In this document: positions 45,633-54,232 of the stretch, one piece after another
Layout: each line of letters starts with the position of its first letter
Numbering within the stretch: the stretch's first letter is position 1
The notes under the pieces: model-generated
The model's input: only the letters and a program-made list of their open reading frames with translations
Told to the model about the DNA's origin: nothing
Database searches by the model: none
Assembly (NCBI GenBank): GCA_016932475.1
Contig: JAFGCU010000056.1
Coordinates: 13,787-77,786 of the forward strand
Source: Anaerolineales bacterium
Lineage (GTDB): Bacteria; Chloroflexota; Anaerolineae; Anaerolineales; RBG-16-64-43
Direction: 5' to 3'
Length of the DNA stretch: 64,000 nt
Program-made: the position numbers and the translations under genes

Positions 45633-46397
45633 TTATACCGCCTCTCCGATCGCGGCCCGGATGCGTTCGGCCATGGCGCCGAATTTTTTGGTGTAGGTCA
45701 TCTCTTCCCGGCGCGGCCGGGGCAGGCCGACCGCAAGGTCCAGGCGCAGTCTTCCCGGACGCGATGTCAGCGCCAGCACCCGGTCCGCCATCAGGATCGC
45801 TTCGGGAATCGAATGAGTCACCATGACGACCGTTTTCCGCCGGTCCCGCGCGATCCGCATCAGTTCGGCGCCCATCCGGTCGCGGGTCATCGCATCCAGC
45901 GCGCCGAACGGCTCGTCCAGCAGGAGCACTTCCGGATCGTGCGCCAGAGCTCGCGCCAGGGCCACCCGCTGCGCCATCCCCCCGGAAAGTTCGCGCGGCA
46001 GGCTGCCCTCGAATCCCGTCAGCCCCACCAGCTTCACCAGATCCTTTACCGCGGCGCGCGCTTCGGCCTCCGGAGTTCCATCGAGCTCCAGCGGCAAGCG
46101 GATGTTCCTCTCGACGCTGCGCCACGGCATGAGGTTCGGGAGCTGAAACATGAAGCCGATCCGCGGCGACGGGCCGGCGAGCGCGCGGCCCTCAAAAAGG
46201 ACTTCCCCCGCCGTCGGGCGCAGCAATCCGCCGAGCAGGCGCAGCAGGGTGCTCTTGCCGCAGCCGGATGGCCCGACCACGCACACGAATTCCTCGCGCG
46301 CGATGGAAAAGGAAACTTCTCCGAGGGCGCGCAGTTCCTTCTCCGCGCCGGTGAACTCCTTTGTCAGGTGGATCGCTTCAAGTATTTTTTCTTTCAT
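45633..46397 (-). CDS. ABC transporter ATP-binding protein (NitT/TauT-type)
   Basis: Inside ORF 45633..46493. GPSGCGKSTLL, LSGGMAQRVALARAL, LLLDEPFGALD. Confidence 0.9.
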   Translation of the reverse strand: MKEKILEAIHLTKEFTGAEKELRALGEVSFSIAREEFVCVVGPSGCGKSTLLRLLGGLLRPTAGEVLFEGRALAGPSPRIGFMFQLPNLMPWRSVERNIRLPLELDGTPEAEARAAVKDLVKLVGLTGFEGSLPRELSGGMAQRVALARALAHDPEVLLLDEPFGALDAMTRDRMGAELMRIARDRRKTVVMVTHSIPEAILMADRVLALTSRPGRLRLDLAVGLPRPRREEMTYTKKFGAMAERIRAAIGEAV

Positions 46398-46489
46398 ACC
46401 CTTCAGCTCGATACGGCGCCCTTCGAGAAGCCGGTTACGGTCTGCCGTCCACGTCCCTGGTCGGCTTGACGATCGTCGACGGTCGTCTC

Positions 46490-47455
46490 TCACTCCGGCA
46501 GGAACTCGTTCGTGAACGCCTTTGTAATATCCAATTTCACGTTCAGAAGCCCCATCGAACGCAGCGTGGCTTCCATATTTTGCCAGGCGGCCAGATCGCT
46601 CCAGCCGGGCTTGTCGGTCTTCCAGAAGGCGAGCGTTTCCACCAGCACCCGCTTTTGGATCGGATCGTCCTCGGCCAATCCTTCGATGTGCTTGCGGCAG
46701 ATCCGGTAGGTTTCATCCGGATCCGCGATCGCATCGTCGATCCCGCGCAGGATCGCGCGGATCATCCCGCGCACCAGCTCCGGCTGCCCGGCGATCGTTT
46801 TCTCGTTGGTCAGCAATCCGTTGGAGGCCAGATCGACAAAATCCACAACCCGTATGACGTTTACTTCATAACCGCGCGCGGCAAGCTGGACCGGCTCGTT
46901 GTTGGCGTAGACGACGGCGGCCTCCACCTGGCCGCTGACCAGCGCTTCCACCTGGTTGTATCCGATGACTTCCAGGGCGACGTCCGCTTCATCCACTCCG
47001 GCCGTATTCAGAAGCGCCCGGAACCCGACATAGGAAGCGCCCGCCAGGATCGGGATGCCGACTTTCCTTCCCCTCAGATCCTCCACGGTGCGGATCCCGG
47101 AATCTTCCAGCGCCGCCACCGCAACCGGATACCCTTGCCACCAGGCCATGGCATACACCACCGGCAAACCCTGCGCCCGGGCCAGCGGCACCTGTTCGCC
47201 GGACACCATCGAGAAGGGGAGTTCGCCGGCGCCGACCAGCGCCACGCCATCGGTTTCAAACCTGTAGTCGAATTCGACGGCGATCCCTTCATCCTGGAAG
47301 TATCCCTTTTCGGCCGCGACATAGAACGGCGCGAACTGGACGTTTGGGATGTATCCCATCGGCAGACGGACGGCCTGCGTGGTGGAATCTCCCGCGACCG
47401 GCGCGCACGCCGCCAGAATGGTGGTGCAGAAAAAAATAAAGAATTCGCGTTTCAT
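46490..47455 (-). CDS. ABC transporter substrate-binding lipoprotein (NMT1/THI5-like)
   Basis: Inside ORF 46490..47584. Signal MKREFFIFFCTTILAAC. LPMGYIPNVQFAPFYVAAEKGYF is typical of the NMT1/SsuA/ThiY-type fold. Confidence 0.85.
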   Translation of the reverse strand: MKREFFIFFCTTILAACAPVAGDSTTQAVRLPMGYIPNVQFAPFYVAAEKGYFQDEGIAVEFDYRFETDGVALVGAGELPFSMVSGEQVPLARAQGLPVVYAMAWWQGYPVAVAALEDSGIRTVEDLRGRKVGIPILAGASYVGFRALLNTAGVDEADVALEVIGYNQVEALVSGQVEAAVVYANNEPVQLAARGYEVNVIRVVDFVDLASNGLLTNEKTIAGQPELVRGMIRAILRGIDDAIADPDETYRICRKHIEGLAEDDPIQKRVLVETLAFWKTDKPGWSDLAAWQNMEATLRSMGLLNVKLDITKAFTNEFLPE

Positions 47456-47492
47456 GATGTCTCTCCTCTTGGAAAATAGTTCGACACCCAGC

Positions 47493-48290
47493 CTACTCTC
47501 TCCACGCCAGGAACCGGTTCTCCGCCCAGGCCACCAGTCCATACAACCCAAGCGCCATGGCGACGAGCGAAAACACGCCGACAAACACCAGCGCGGTGTC
47601 GTATTGGCCGCGGGCGATGCTGATCAGAAACCCCAATCCGCGGTCGGGCGCGATGAATTCTCCCACCACCGCGCCGATCACCGACAGCGTGGCTCCGATC
47701 TTCAAGCCGCCGAGCAGGACCGGCAGTGCCGCCGGCAGCTCGAGGTGGCGGAAGTTCTGCCAGCGCGAAGCCCCCAGCGAACGCATCAATTCCCGCAGGT
47801 TGGCCGAAACCGAACGCAGCCCGATCACGGTGTTTACCAGGACCGGGAAGAAAACGATCAGCGCGCAGATCAGCACCTTGGACTCCAATCCGCTTCCCAG
47901 CCAGATGAAGAGCAGAGGGGCGATCGCCACCACCGGGATGGCCTGGGTGGCCACAATGTACGGCGCGAGGATCTGCTCCGCCAGGCGCGATTTGCTCAGC
48001 AGGTATCCGAGCAGCGCCGCGGCACCCACGCCGGCCGCCATCCCCGCGAGCACCTCTCCCAGCGTCACCAGCGAGTGCCGGACAAGGCTCCCATCCGACA
48101 AGGAATCCGTCAAGCGCCCGGCAACGGCCATCGGCCCGGGGAGGATGAAGGCGGGCATTCCGCCGAAGCCGGCCGCCGCCTGCCAGACGGCGCCGCACAC
48201 GCCCACCGCCGCCGCGACCGGCATCAGCCGGAGAGCGTATGATCTTTTCCCGCGGGAACCGGGCGCTTTTAAATTTATGTTGTTATTCAT
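47493..48290 (-). CDS. ABC transporter permease (NitT/TauT-type)
   Basis: Inside ORF 47493..48767. ATG at 48290 (MNNNINLK...). EAA-type loop region LMRSLGASRWQNFRHLELPAALP. Confidence 0.85.
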   Translation of the reverse strand: MNNNINLKAPGSRGKRSYALRLMPVAAAVGVCGAVWQAAAGFGGMPAFILPGPMAVAGRLTDSLSDGSLVRHSLVTLGEVLAGMAAGVGAAALLGYLLSKSRLAEQILAPYIVATQAIPVVAIAPLLFIWLGSGLESKVLICALIVFFPVLVNTVIGLRSVSANLRELMRSLGASRWQNFRHLELPAALPVLLGGLKIGATLSVIGAVVGEFIAPDRGLGFLISIARGQYDTALVFVGVFSLVAMALGLYGLVAWAENRFLAWRE

Positions 48291-48300
48291 AGAAACCTCA

Positions 48301-48388
48301 TCACGAAGAACACAAAGGAAAACCTGAAGCACACCAAAGTTTACGGTTTTTTTCGTGTCCTTCAGGTTTTGCTTCGTGCTTTTCGTGG
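48301..48388. repeat. CACGAA-type long imperfect hairpin repeat
   Basis: tcacgaagaacacaaaggaaaacctgaagcacacc ... ggtgtccttcaggttttgcttcgtgcttttcgtgg. Arms are about 80% complementary, including an exact aaaacctgaag/cttcaggtttt core. Confidence 0.7.
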
Positions 48389-48392
48389 AATC

Positions 48393-48422
48393 AAAAACCC
48401 CGAAACCAAAACTGCTTCGGGG
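48393..48422 (-). terminator. intrinsic terminator inside the ABC-importer leader
   Basis: Minus-strand read CCCCGAAgcaguuuugguUUCGGGGUUUUU: a 7-bp GC stem followed by a U5 run. Confidence 0.6.
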
Positions 48423-48624
48423 CGCAGGAATCATGCGGAAGAGATTTTCCCTTCTTTCATCCCGACTGTACGGTCGGCTCCGGAATTGCACCGGATCATG
48501 CCGCTGCGGATATTCCGCTTTGGCTCGCGGGCTTGCCGGCTTTGCTGCCGGCTTACCGCCGATCGGGAATTGGGCCAACTGGCAGCCCTCACCCGGCCCC
48601 GAAGGATATGCAATTGTAAAAAAA

Positions 48625-48633
48625 ATTATACCA
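48625..48633 (-). promoter_or_regulatory. extended -10 promoter element TGgTATAAT
   Basis: Minus-strand read cgtaTGgTATAATttttttta. There is no good -35. It would start a roughly 330-nt leader before the permease ATG at 48290. Confidence 0.45.
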
Positions 48634-48711
48634 TACGAAAAAACTACTCCCGATGGAAGCGCTGCGAATCCGCCCTGAGTCCCGGCTGGAACGATTCCGC
48701 GCCCAGATCCG

Positions 48712-48945
48712 TCAGGTGCCGGCGGGGCTCCGCCGGTTGTCCGCCACAAACGCCAGGATGACCGCAAACACCAGCACGATCAGGGATTCGATGAACCCCT
48801 TCGTGAGGGCGATTTCACTGATCACCGCCATGACGATGGAGGCGACATGAATCCAGCGTTTGGTCGCGAACCACCGCTGAAGTTCATAAAAAGCCAGAAC
48901 GGCCCCGGCGCCGATCATGATGAAGGCGATAAAAATATCCCACAT
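48712..48945 (-). CDS. small two/three-TM membrane protein (hypothetical)
   Basis: 77 aa. AAAGGAG RBS 9 nt before the ATG. Strongly hydrophobic. Confidence 0.6.
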   Translation of the reverse strand: MWDIFIAFIMIGAGAVLAFYELQRWFATKRWIHVASIVMAVISEIALTKGFIESLIVLVFAVILAFVADNRRSPAGT

Positions 48946-49004
48946 CGCATCACACTCCTTTTAATGGCTGCGCCCGAGGGAGTTCCGGACCGTCCGAACT
49001 ATCC

Positions 49005-50750
49005 TTAACCCGGTGTCCGCGCGGAGGCGGCCTGCTTGTCGCGCCCCACCAGCTGCAATATCTCCTCGGCCGATTCGCGGGTGGTTTCCGACAATGTTCC
49101 AAGCATCGAGGCCAGCTCGGCGACTCGCTCGCGGGCGTGCAGGAGTTTCACCCCGGTCTGGGTCCGCTTGCCCTGGATCGATTTTTCCACCTTTAAATGC
49201 CGGTCGCCGTAGGCGGCGAGCTGCGGCAGATGGGTGACGCAGAAAACCTGGTGGCGCGGCGTCAGCTGCCAGAGTTTGCGGCCGACGACCATCCCCACCC
49301 GGCCGCCGATACCCTGGTCGATCTCGTCGAAAATCAGGGTCGGGGTCCGGTCGGCCTGAGCCAGCACGCTCTTCAGGGCGAGCATCAGCCGGGATGTCTC
49401 CCCGCCGGATGCCACCTTGGCCAGCGGCTTCAAGCCCTCGCCGGGGTTGGGGGCCACCAGGAATTCGATCCGGTCCAGACCGGTGGAGTCGAAAGCCACG
49501 CGTTTGTCGCCGACGATCGCTCCTTCCGGGTTTTCTTCCTGCCGCCGGTCGACGGAAAATTTGGCCCCTGCCATCCGCAGTTCCGCCAGTTCGGCCTCGA
49601 TCCCGATCGCCAATTCCTCCGCCGCCTTGCCGCGCAGGGTGGACAACTCCCCCCCCATCCGGCCGAGTTCCGACAGCAGATCCTGCTCCCGTGCCTCCAA
49701 TTCGGTCCGGCGCTCATCGGCGTGCGTGATGCCGTCCAGTTCCTTGCGCGCGGCCGCCGCGTGCGCCTGCACCGCCTCGAGCGTGTCGCCGTACTTGCGC
49801 TTCAGAGTCCGCAGCAATTCGGCCCGTTCCTCGACCTGTTCCAGCCGCTTCGGGTTGAATTCGATCGCTTCCCGGTAGGCGCGGATTTCCCTTGCAAGCT
49901 CAGCGGCCTGATCCAGAACGGCCTGGGCGTTCTCCCCCGACCCGCGCATCGCCGGATCGATTTTCGCCAGCTGGGACAGCGTGCGGGCCGCCTGGCCGAG
50001 CGAATCGGAGGCCGGCCGCGAATCCTCCTCTTCCGAATCCAGCGCCTCGACGGCCTGATCCGCAAGCGTCGCCAGTTGTTCGGCGTTGGCCAGGCGGGTG
50101 CGTTCTTCCAGCAGCGCGGCCTCTTCCCCGGGAACGATCCGCGCGGCTTCGATCTCCGCGATCTGGTAATTCAGCATGTCGGCGCGCCGGACGGCGTCCC
50201 GCTCCCCAGTCCGGATCTGATCCAACTCCTCCCGGACCGCCCGCAGCACTTCCACCCGCAGGGAGAATTCCTTGCGCCGATCTTCAAGGCCGGCGAAACG
50301 GTCCAGCAGCCTCAGATGTTCGCGCGTGCGGAGCAGCGAGAGGTGCTCGGATTGGCCGTGTACGTCCACCAGCAGCTGGCCCGCCTCGCGCAGGATCGCG
50401 AGGTTGACAGCCCGTCCGTTCACCCGCACGATGTTTTTTCCCTCGCGCCGGACTTCCCGGCCGAGCGTCAGGGAAGCACCCCCTTCCCACAAACCCTCCG
50501 GCTCGAGGAGAGCGCGCACCTCCGCGGCGGATGCCTCGTCCAAAGAAAACTCGCCCTCCACCGACGCGGTTTCTTCCCCGGACCGGATGATGCTCGAATC
50601 TCCCCGTCCGCCGAGCAGCAGTTCGATCGCATCCACGATGATCGATTTTCCAGCGCCGGTTTCCCCGGTCAGCACGAAGAGGCCCTGCTCGAAACGCAGG
50701 GTCAGCTCGTCGATGATCGCGAAATTCCGGATGCGGAGTTCCCGCAGCAT
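49005..50750 (-). CDS. recN: DNA repair protein RecN
   Basis: MLRELRIRNFAIIDELTLRFEQGLFVLTGETGAGKSIIVDA, long coiled coil, C-terminal SGGETSRLMLALK and FDEIDQGIGG. Confidence 0.96.
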   Translation of the reverse strand: MLRELRIRNFAIIDELTLRFEQGLFVLTGETGAGKSIIVDAIELLLGGRGDSSIIRSGEETASVEGEFSLDEASAAEVRALLEPEGLWEGGASLTLGREVRREGKNIVRVNGRAVNLAILREAGQLLVDVHGQSEHLSLLRTREHLRLLDRFAGLEDRRKEFSLRVEVLRAVREELDQIRTGERDAVRRADMLNYQIAEIEAARIVPGEEAALLEERTRLANAEQLATLADQAVEALDSEEEDSRPASDSLGQAARTLSQLAKIDPAMRGSGENAQAVLDQAAELAREIRAYREAIEFNPKRLEQVEERAELLRTLKRKYGDTLEAVQAHAAAARKELDGITHADERRTELEAREQDLLSELGRMGGELSTLRGKAAEELAIGIEAELAELRMAGAKFSVDRRQEENPEGAIVGDKRVAFDSTGLDRIEFLVAPNPGEGLKPLAKVASGGETSRLMLALKSVLAQADRTPTLIFDEIDQGIGGRVGMVVGRKLWQLTPRHQVFCVTHLPQLAAYGDRHLKVEKSIQGKRTQTGVKLLHARERVAELASMLGTLSETTRESAEEILQLVGRDKQAASARTPG

Positions 50751-50787
50751 GGAGGGTCCGATCCTTTCTAATCCAATACGGCGCGGG

Positions 50788-51264
50788 CTACCCCGCCCCC
50801 GCCAGGAATCCGATCAGCGTAACCACGCCGCCGAGAATCATGCAGGCGATGCTCGTTTTGAAATTTTTTTCTGTTTTTTCGATTTCCAGGTAGCACTCGC
50901 GGACGTCTTCCGGATTGTGATGCACGGTCACGGCGGCGCCGGCCGGATAGCGCGCGGCGATCCGTTCCGCCTCTTCCTTGTCGTATAAGTAACGCGGATA
51001 GGCGACCGTGGAACCGAAATGCAGCTGTCCGCCGGTCCGGAACTGGTATTTCACGGCCACGTCGAATTGGAGGATCTCTTTTCCAAGCTTGGTCACCAGG
51101 GGCGGTTGGGCAACCACTTCGGTCGACATCACCGTCCCCTTGACCGTCGGCCACGCGTCGCGTATCTGATCGTGCCTGCGCGCGTTGCGCGCGGGGAAAA
51201 ACATGCTTATCCCGAATACAAGAATGATTACGCCGATGATCAGTAAATTGAATCCCATGGGCAT
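50788..51264 (-). CDS. DUF3592-like membrane protein
   Basis: TM - beta-sandwich (WPTVKGTV...FDVAVKYQFRTGGQLHFG) - TM layout typical of DUF3592. Confidence 0.7.
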   Translation of the reverse strand: MPMGFNLLIIGVIILVFGISMFFPARNARRHDQIRDAWPTVKGTVMSTEVVAQPPLVTKLGKEILQFDVAVKYQFRTGGQLHFGSTVAYPRYLYDKEEAERIAARYPAGAAVTVHHNPEDVRECYLEIEKTEKNFKTSIACMILGGVVTLIGFLAGAG

Positions 51265-51280
51265 TTCTCCTGTCCGCCGT

Positions 51281-51817
51281 TTACTTAAGACGGAACCCTT
51301 TCATATTCGAGATCAGGAAAACAACCGCCACGACCATATAGCCGAGCGGCCATAAAAGGCCGAACCCCAGGGTCGCCAATCCGGCGGCCCCGAGCTCCTC
51401 GTAGGAAAGCAGGCCCATGACAAGAGTTGGGATCATGATCGGCAGGGAACCGGCAATCCCGCCCGCCGCCGCCGCGATCCACAAAAATCGGTTGCGCCGA
51501 TGGCGGACCGCCCAGTTCACGACCCGCGCCGCAAGCATGCCCGCGAAGCCGGCCACGAACAAGATAAAAAAACCGATGAACGAACCGAGGATCGAGCCGA
51601 CTCCGCAGACCAGTGCCGCGGCCAGGAAGGCGACGGGGAAATCGTACCAATAGGCCGTATCGAAGATTTTCTGTTGCTCGCGGACGCAGGTTATGCAGCG
51701 ATACCCCACCGGAGTCCGGCGGGCGCACCGCGCGCAAATCGGACGGCCGCACCGGTTGCAGCGCAGGGTGGTCGGACGTCCGGGATGATAGCTGCAGACC
51801 GTCTCCAATTCTTCCAT
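51281..51817 (-). CDS. B-box-type zinc-finger membrane protein
   Basis: CSYHPGRPTTLRCNRCGRPICARCARRTPVGYRCITC followed by four or five TM helices. Confidence 0.7.
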   Translation of the reverse strand: MEELETVCSYHPGRPTTLRCNRCGRPICARCARRTPVGYRCITCVREQQKIFDTAYWYDFPVAFLAAALVCGVGSILGSFIGFFILFVAGFAGMLAARVVNWAVRHRRNRFLWIAAAAGGIAGSLPIMIPTLVMGLLSYEELGAAGLATLGFGLLWPLGYMVVAVVFLISNMKGFRLK

Positions 51818-51832
51818 GGGAAAAAACCTTCC

Positions 51833-52705
51833 TCACTCCGCGGATTGCGGATTTCGGTTCAGCCGGGCGGCGATGTTCCGATAGAAATATCCGCGGTCCC
51901 GGGCGCGAATCAGCCGCGCCGAGAGCTCCGACGACCGGATGAAAACCCGGTCGTGATTGAGCATTTCCTCCTGGTGCTGTCCGTCGCAGGAAAGCACCGC
52001 CGGCGCCTCGCTGTGAAGCCGGATGGTCACTTCGGCGCCGTCCGGCAGAACGATCGCGCGTTCCACGGACAGGTGGGGGGCAACCGGGATCAACAGGATG
52101 TTGCGCAATTCGGGAGGCAGGATCGGCCCGCCGGCTGCGAGGGCGTAAGCCGTGGAACCGGTCGGGGTGGCGGTGATCAACCCGTCCGCGGCATAGATCG
52201 TCAACGGCTGTCCGTCGATCGAGGTCTCCAGGCGGACCATCTTCATTCCGCCGGAGCGCGTGACGGCGCACTCGTTGATTACATCCCATTCGCCGAGGAT
52301 CTTCCCGCCGCGCTCCTGCTTCACATGCAGCATCATCCGCGTCTCGATCCAGTATTTTCCAGCCAGCACCTGTTCGAGGCGGGAGGCCCAGTTGTCGCGC
52401 TGCAGTTCGGCCAGGAAGCCGAGCCTCCCCAAATTCACGCCCAGGACGGGGATTTTCTTTTTGGCACAGGCGTGGCTTACCCTTAAAAGGGTTCCATCCC
52501 CTCCCAGAGCGATCACCAAATCGAACGGCTCCGCCCTCACGGCGGCCGGGAATTCCACTTGGGAAAAGGTTTTTGCGTCGCTGGCGGGAAGGCGGGGCCG
52601 GATAAATGCGTCGATCTCCCGGGTGATGGCTTCCGCGTCGGGAACCGCCGGATTGAAAACCAAGGCGATGCGCTGTGGGACGGGGTGGGAAGGCTGATTG
52701 CTCAT
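51833..52705 (-). CDS. nadK: NAD kinase
   Basis: LVIALGGDGTLL, NLGRLGFL, ADGLITATPTGSTAYALAAGGPIL. Confidence 0.95.
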   Translation of the reverse strand: MSNQPSHPVPQRIALVFNPAVPDAEAITREIDAFIRPRLPASDAKTFSQVEFPAAVRAEPFDLVIALGGDGTLLRVSHACAKKKIPVLGVNLGRLGFLAELQRDNWASRLEQVLAGKYWIETRMMLHVKQERGGKILGEWDVINECAVTRSGGMKMVRLETSIDGQPLTIYAADGLITATPTGSTAYALAAGGPILPPELRNILLIPVAPHLSVERAIVLPDGAEVTIRLHSEAPAVLSCDGQHQEEMLNHDRVFIRSSELSARLIRARDRGYFYRNIAARLNRNPQSAE

Positions 52706-52742
52706 GCTAAAGACCGATTATAGCAGGTGCACCCGGGAGTAA

Positions 52743-53276
52743 TCACACCAGGCGTTGATCGCAAGCGGCGCGAAAACCGCACGAGCGGCAGCGTTTCGGT
52801 TCGGCGTGGGAACGGTCGACTGCGGCCGCGGACGCGTCCGCCTGGATCTCCTCCAGAACGGCGGTCACTTCCTCAAGCAGCGTCCCGGTAAAGGGAATTT
52901 CGACCGCCCGGTCGCGGTATTTCAAGATGCCGTACGGAGGCGTGCGGCCAAAATGCTCCTTGACCAGAAGCCCATAGGCGGCCAGTTGATAGAGGTGGGA
53001 GGGATAAGGCGTGACGGGCGCGGCGCCACTTTTCACTTCGATCGGGATGATCCATCCGCCCTGATTGACCAGATAATCGGGCCGCCCGACCAGCGAGTAA
53101 TTCGCCGAAAAAAGAGTCCCCTCCGGTTTTCGCAGGCGTTCGGTATCGATATGGATGACGCGGCCGGAGGGGAACAGCAGGCGGTTCCGCTGGAAGCGGG
53201 AGATGCCCCATACCAGGATCGAGAGGATCAGCAAACCGAGCGCAAATATCAGGATCCACATGTCCAAGTTCCCCAA
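52743..53276 (-). CDS. membrane-anchored PD-(D/E)XK nuclease, Cas4/DUF83-like
   Basis: N-terminal TM MWILIFALGLLILSILVWGI. GRPDYL (D), IIPIEVKSG (ExK), HLYQLAAYGLL (QxxxY), C-terminal CRSCGFRAAC (Cx2Cx5C). Confidence 0.7.
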   Translation of the reverse strand: MGNLDMWILIFALGLLILSILVWGISRFQRNRLLFPSGRVIHIDTERLRKPEGTLFSANYSLVGRPDYLVNQGGWIIPIEVKSGAAPVTPYPSHLYQLAAYGLLVKEHFGRTPPYGILKYRDRAVEIPFTGTLLEEVTAVLEEIQADASAAAVDRSHAEPKRCRSCGFRAACDQRLV

Positions 53277-53362
53277 GCCGGAGCTTTTTCAGGCGCCGGT
53301 TGAACCCTTGGCGCCAGCATGTCCACCGCAGCCCGCCACCACCCGGCGGAAAAAATCGGGGG

Positions 53363-54112
53363 TCAGGCGGTTTTTCGGGGCCGCCTTTGCTGAAGAACCA
53401 GATACAATCCGATCGATCCCGCCGCCGCGGCATTCAGGCTTTCGATCCGGCCGCGCATCGGAAGCCGCACCAGACGGTCGCAGGATCTGCGGACCAGCGG
53501 ACGCAATCCTTCACCTTCGCCGCCGATAACCAGCGCCAGCGGTCCCGTCAAATCCGCATCCAAAAGCGATTCGCCGGCGGGGTCCGCATCCAATCCCGCG
53601 ACCCAGATCCCGCGGCGCTTGATTTCCTCGATCGCCTGGGAGAGATTGGCCTGGGCGATTGCGAGATGTTCGACGGCTCCGGCGGAAGCATTGACTACCG
53701 CGGGCGTCACCCCGGCCGCCCTCCGCAATGGGAGAATCACGCCGTCGACTCCGGCCGCCTCCGCTGTGCGCAGCAGCGACGCCAGATTTTGCGGATCCTG
53801 AATTTGATCAAGAATAAGGAGCAGCGCTTCCGAGCCGGCCGATTCCGACCGCGCCAGGATATCCTCGATCGGCGCGAGCGGATATTCGCCCGCCTGCACG
53901 GCCACGCCCTGATGGTTTCCCCCCAGGGTATCCAATGCGCCCGGAGGGACTTTCTCCACGCGGAGATTTTTCCTCCGGGCCAGCGCCAGGATCTCTTCCA
54001 GCGTTCCCTGGGTCCGGGCGCTTTCGGCCAGCCGCAGGAGGAAGACGGACCTTCTGCCCGCGCGCAGCACTTCGCGGACGGCCTGGCGGCCGTAAACCCA
54101 TTCGCGGATCAT
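53363..54112 (-). CDS. rlmB: 23S rRNA (guanosine-2'-O)-methyltransferase RlmB (SpoU/TrmH family)
   Basis: N-terminal substrate-binding domain (YGRQAVREVL). SPOUT motifs (DQIQDPQNLASLLRTAEAAG, LVIGGEGEGL, IESLNAAAA). Confidence 0.9.
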   Translation of the reverse strand: MIREWVYGRQAVREVLRAGRRSVFLLRLAESARTQGTLEEILALARRKNLRVEKVPPGALDTLGGNHQGVAVQAGEYPLAPIEDILARSESAGSEALLLILDQIQDPQNLASLLRTAEAAGVDGVILPLRRAAGVTPAVVNASAGAVEHLAIAQANLSQAIEEIKRRGIWVAGLDADPAGESLLDADLTGPLALVIGGEGEGLRPLVRRSCDRLVRLPMRGRIESLNAAAAGSIGLYLVLQQRRPRKTA

Positions 54113-54232
54113 GACCGGCCCGATCCGGCGTGCGCATTCTTTATTCCAGGGTATCGAACCATCGCGCGCAGAACACTTGGCGGCGGATTACTTAAAGGAA
54201 GACAGCGGGTTGATGCGGCGTTCATGGGCGGC

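Noticed and set aside
45500-45640. The tRNA gene as an integration site for a mobile element.
   Set aside because: There is no integrase, no direct repeat of the tRNA 3' end, and no compositional shift on either side. The flanking genes are ordinary metabolic and transport genes.
48430-48600. TPP riboswitch assignment for the ABC-importer leader.
   Set aside because: The near-invariant CUGAGA and ACCC elements are not present in the right arrangement, and there is only a loose similarity in the P4/P5-like part. It is kept as an unclassified structured leader, not called as TPP.
49197-50771. 524-aa plus-strand ORF inside recN.
   Set aside because: It is a shadow of recN.
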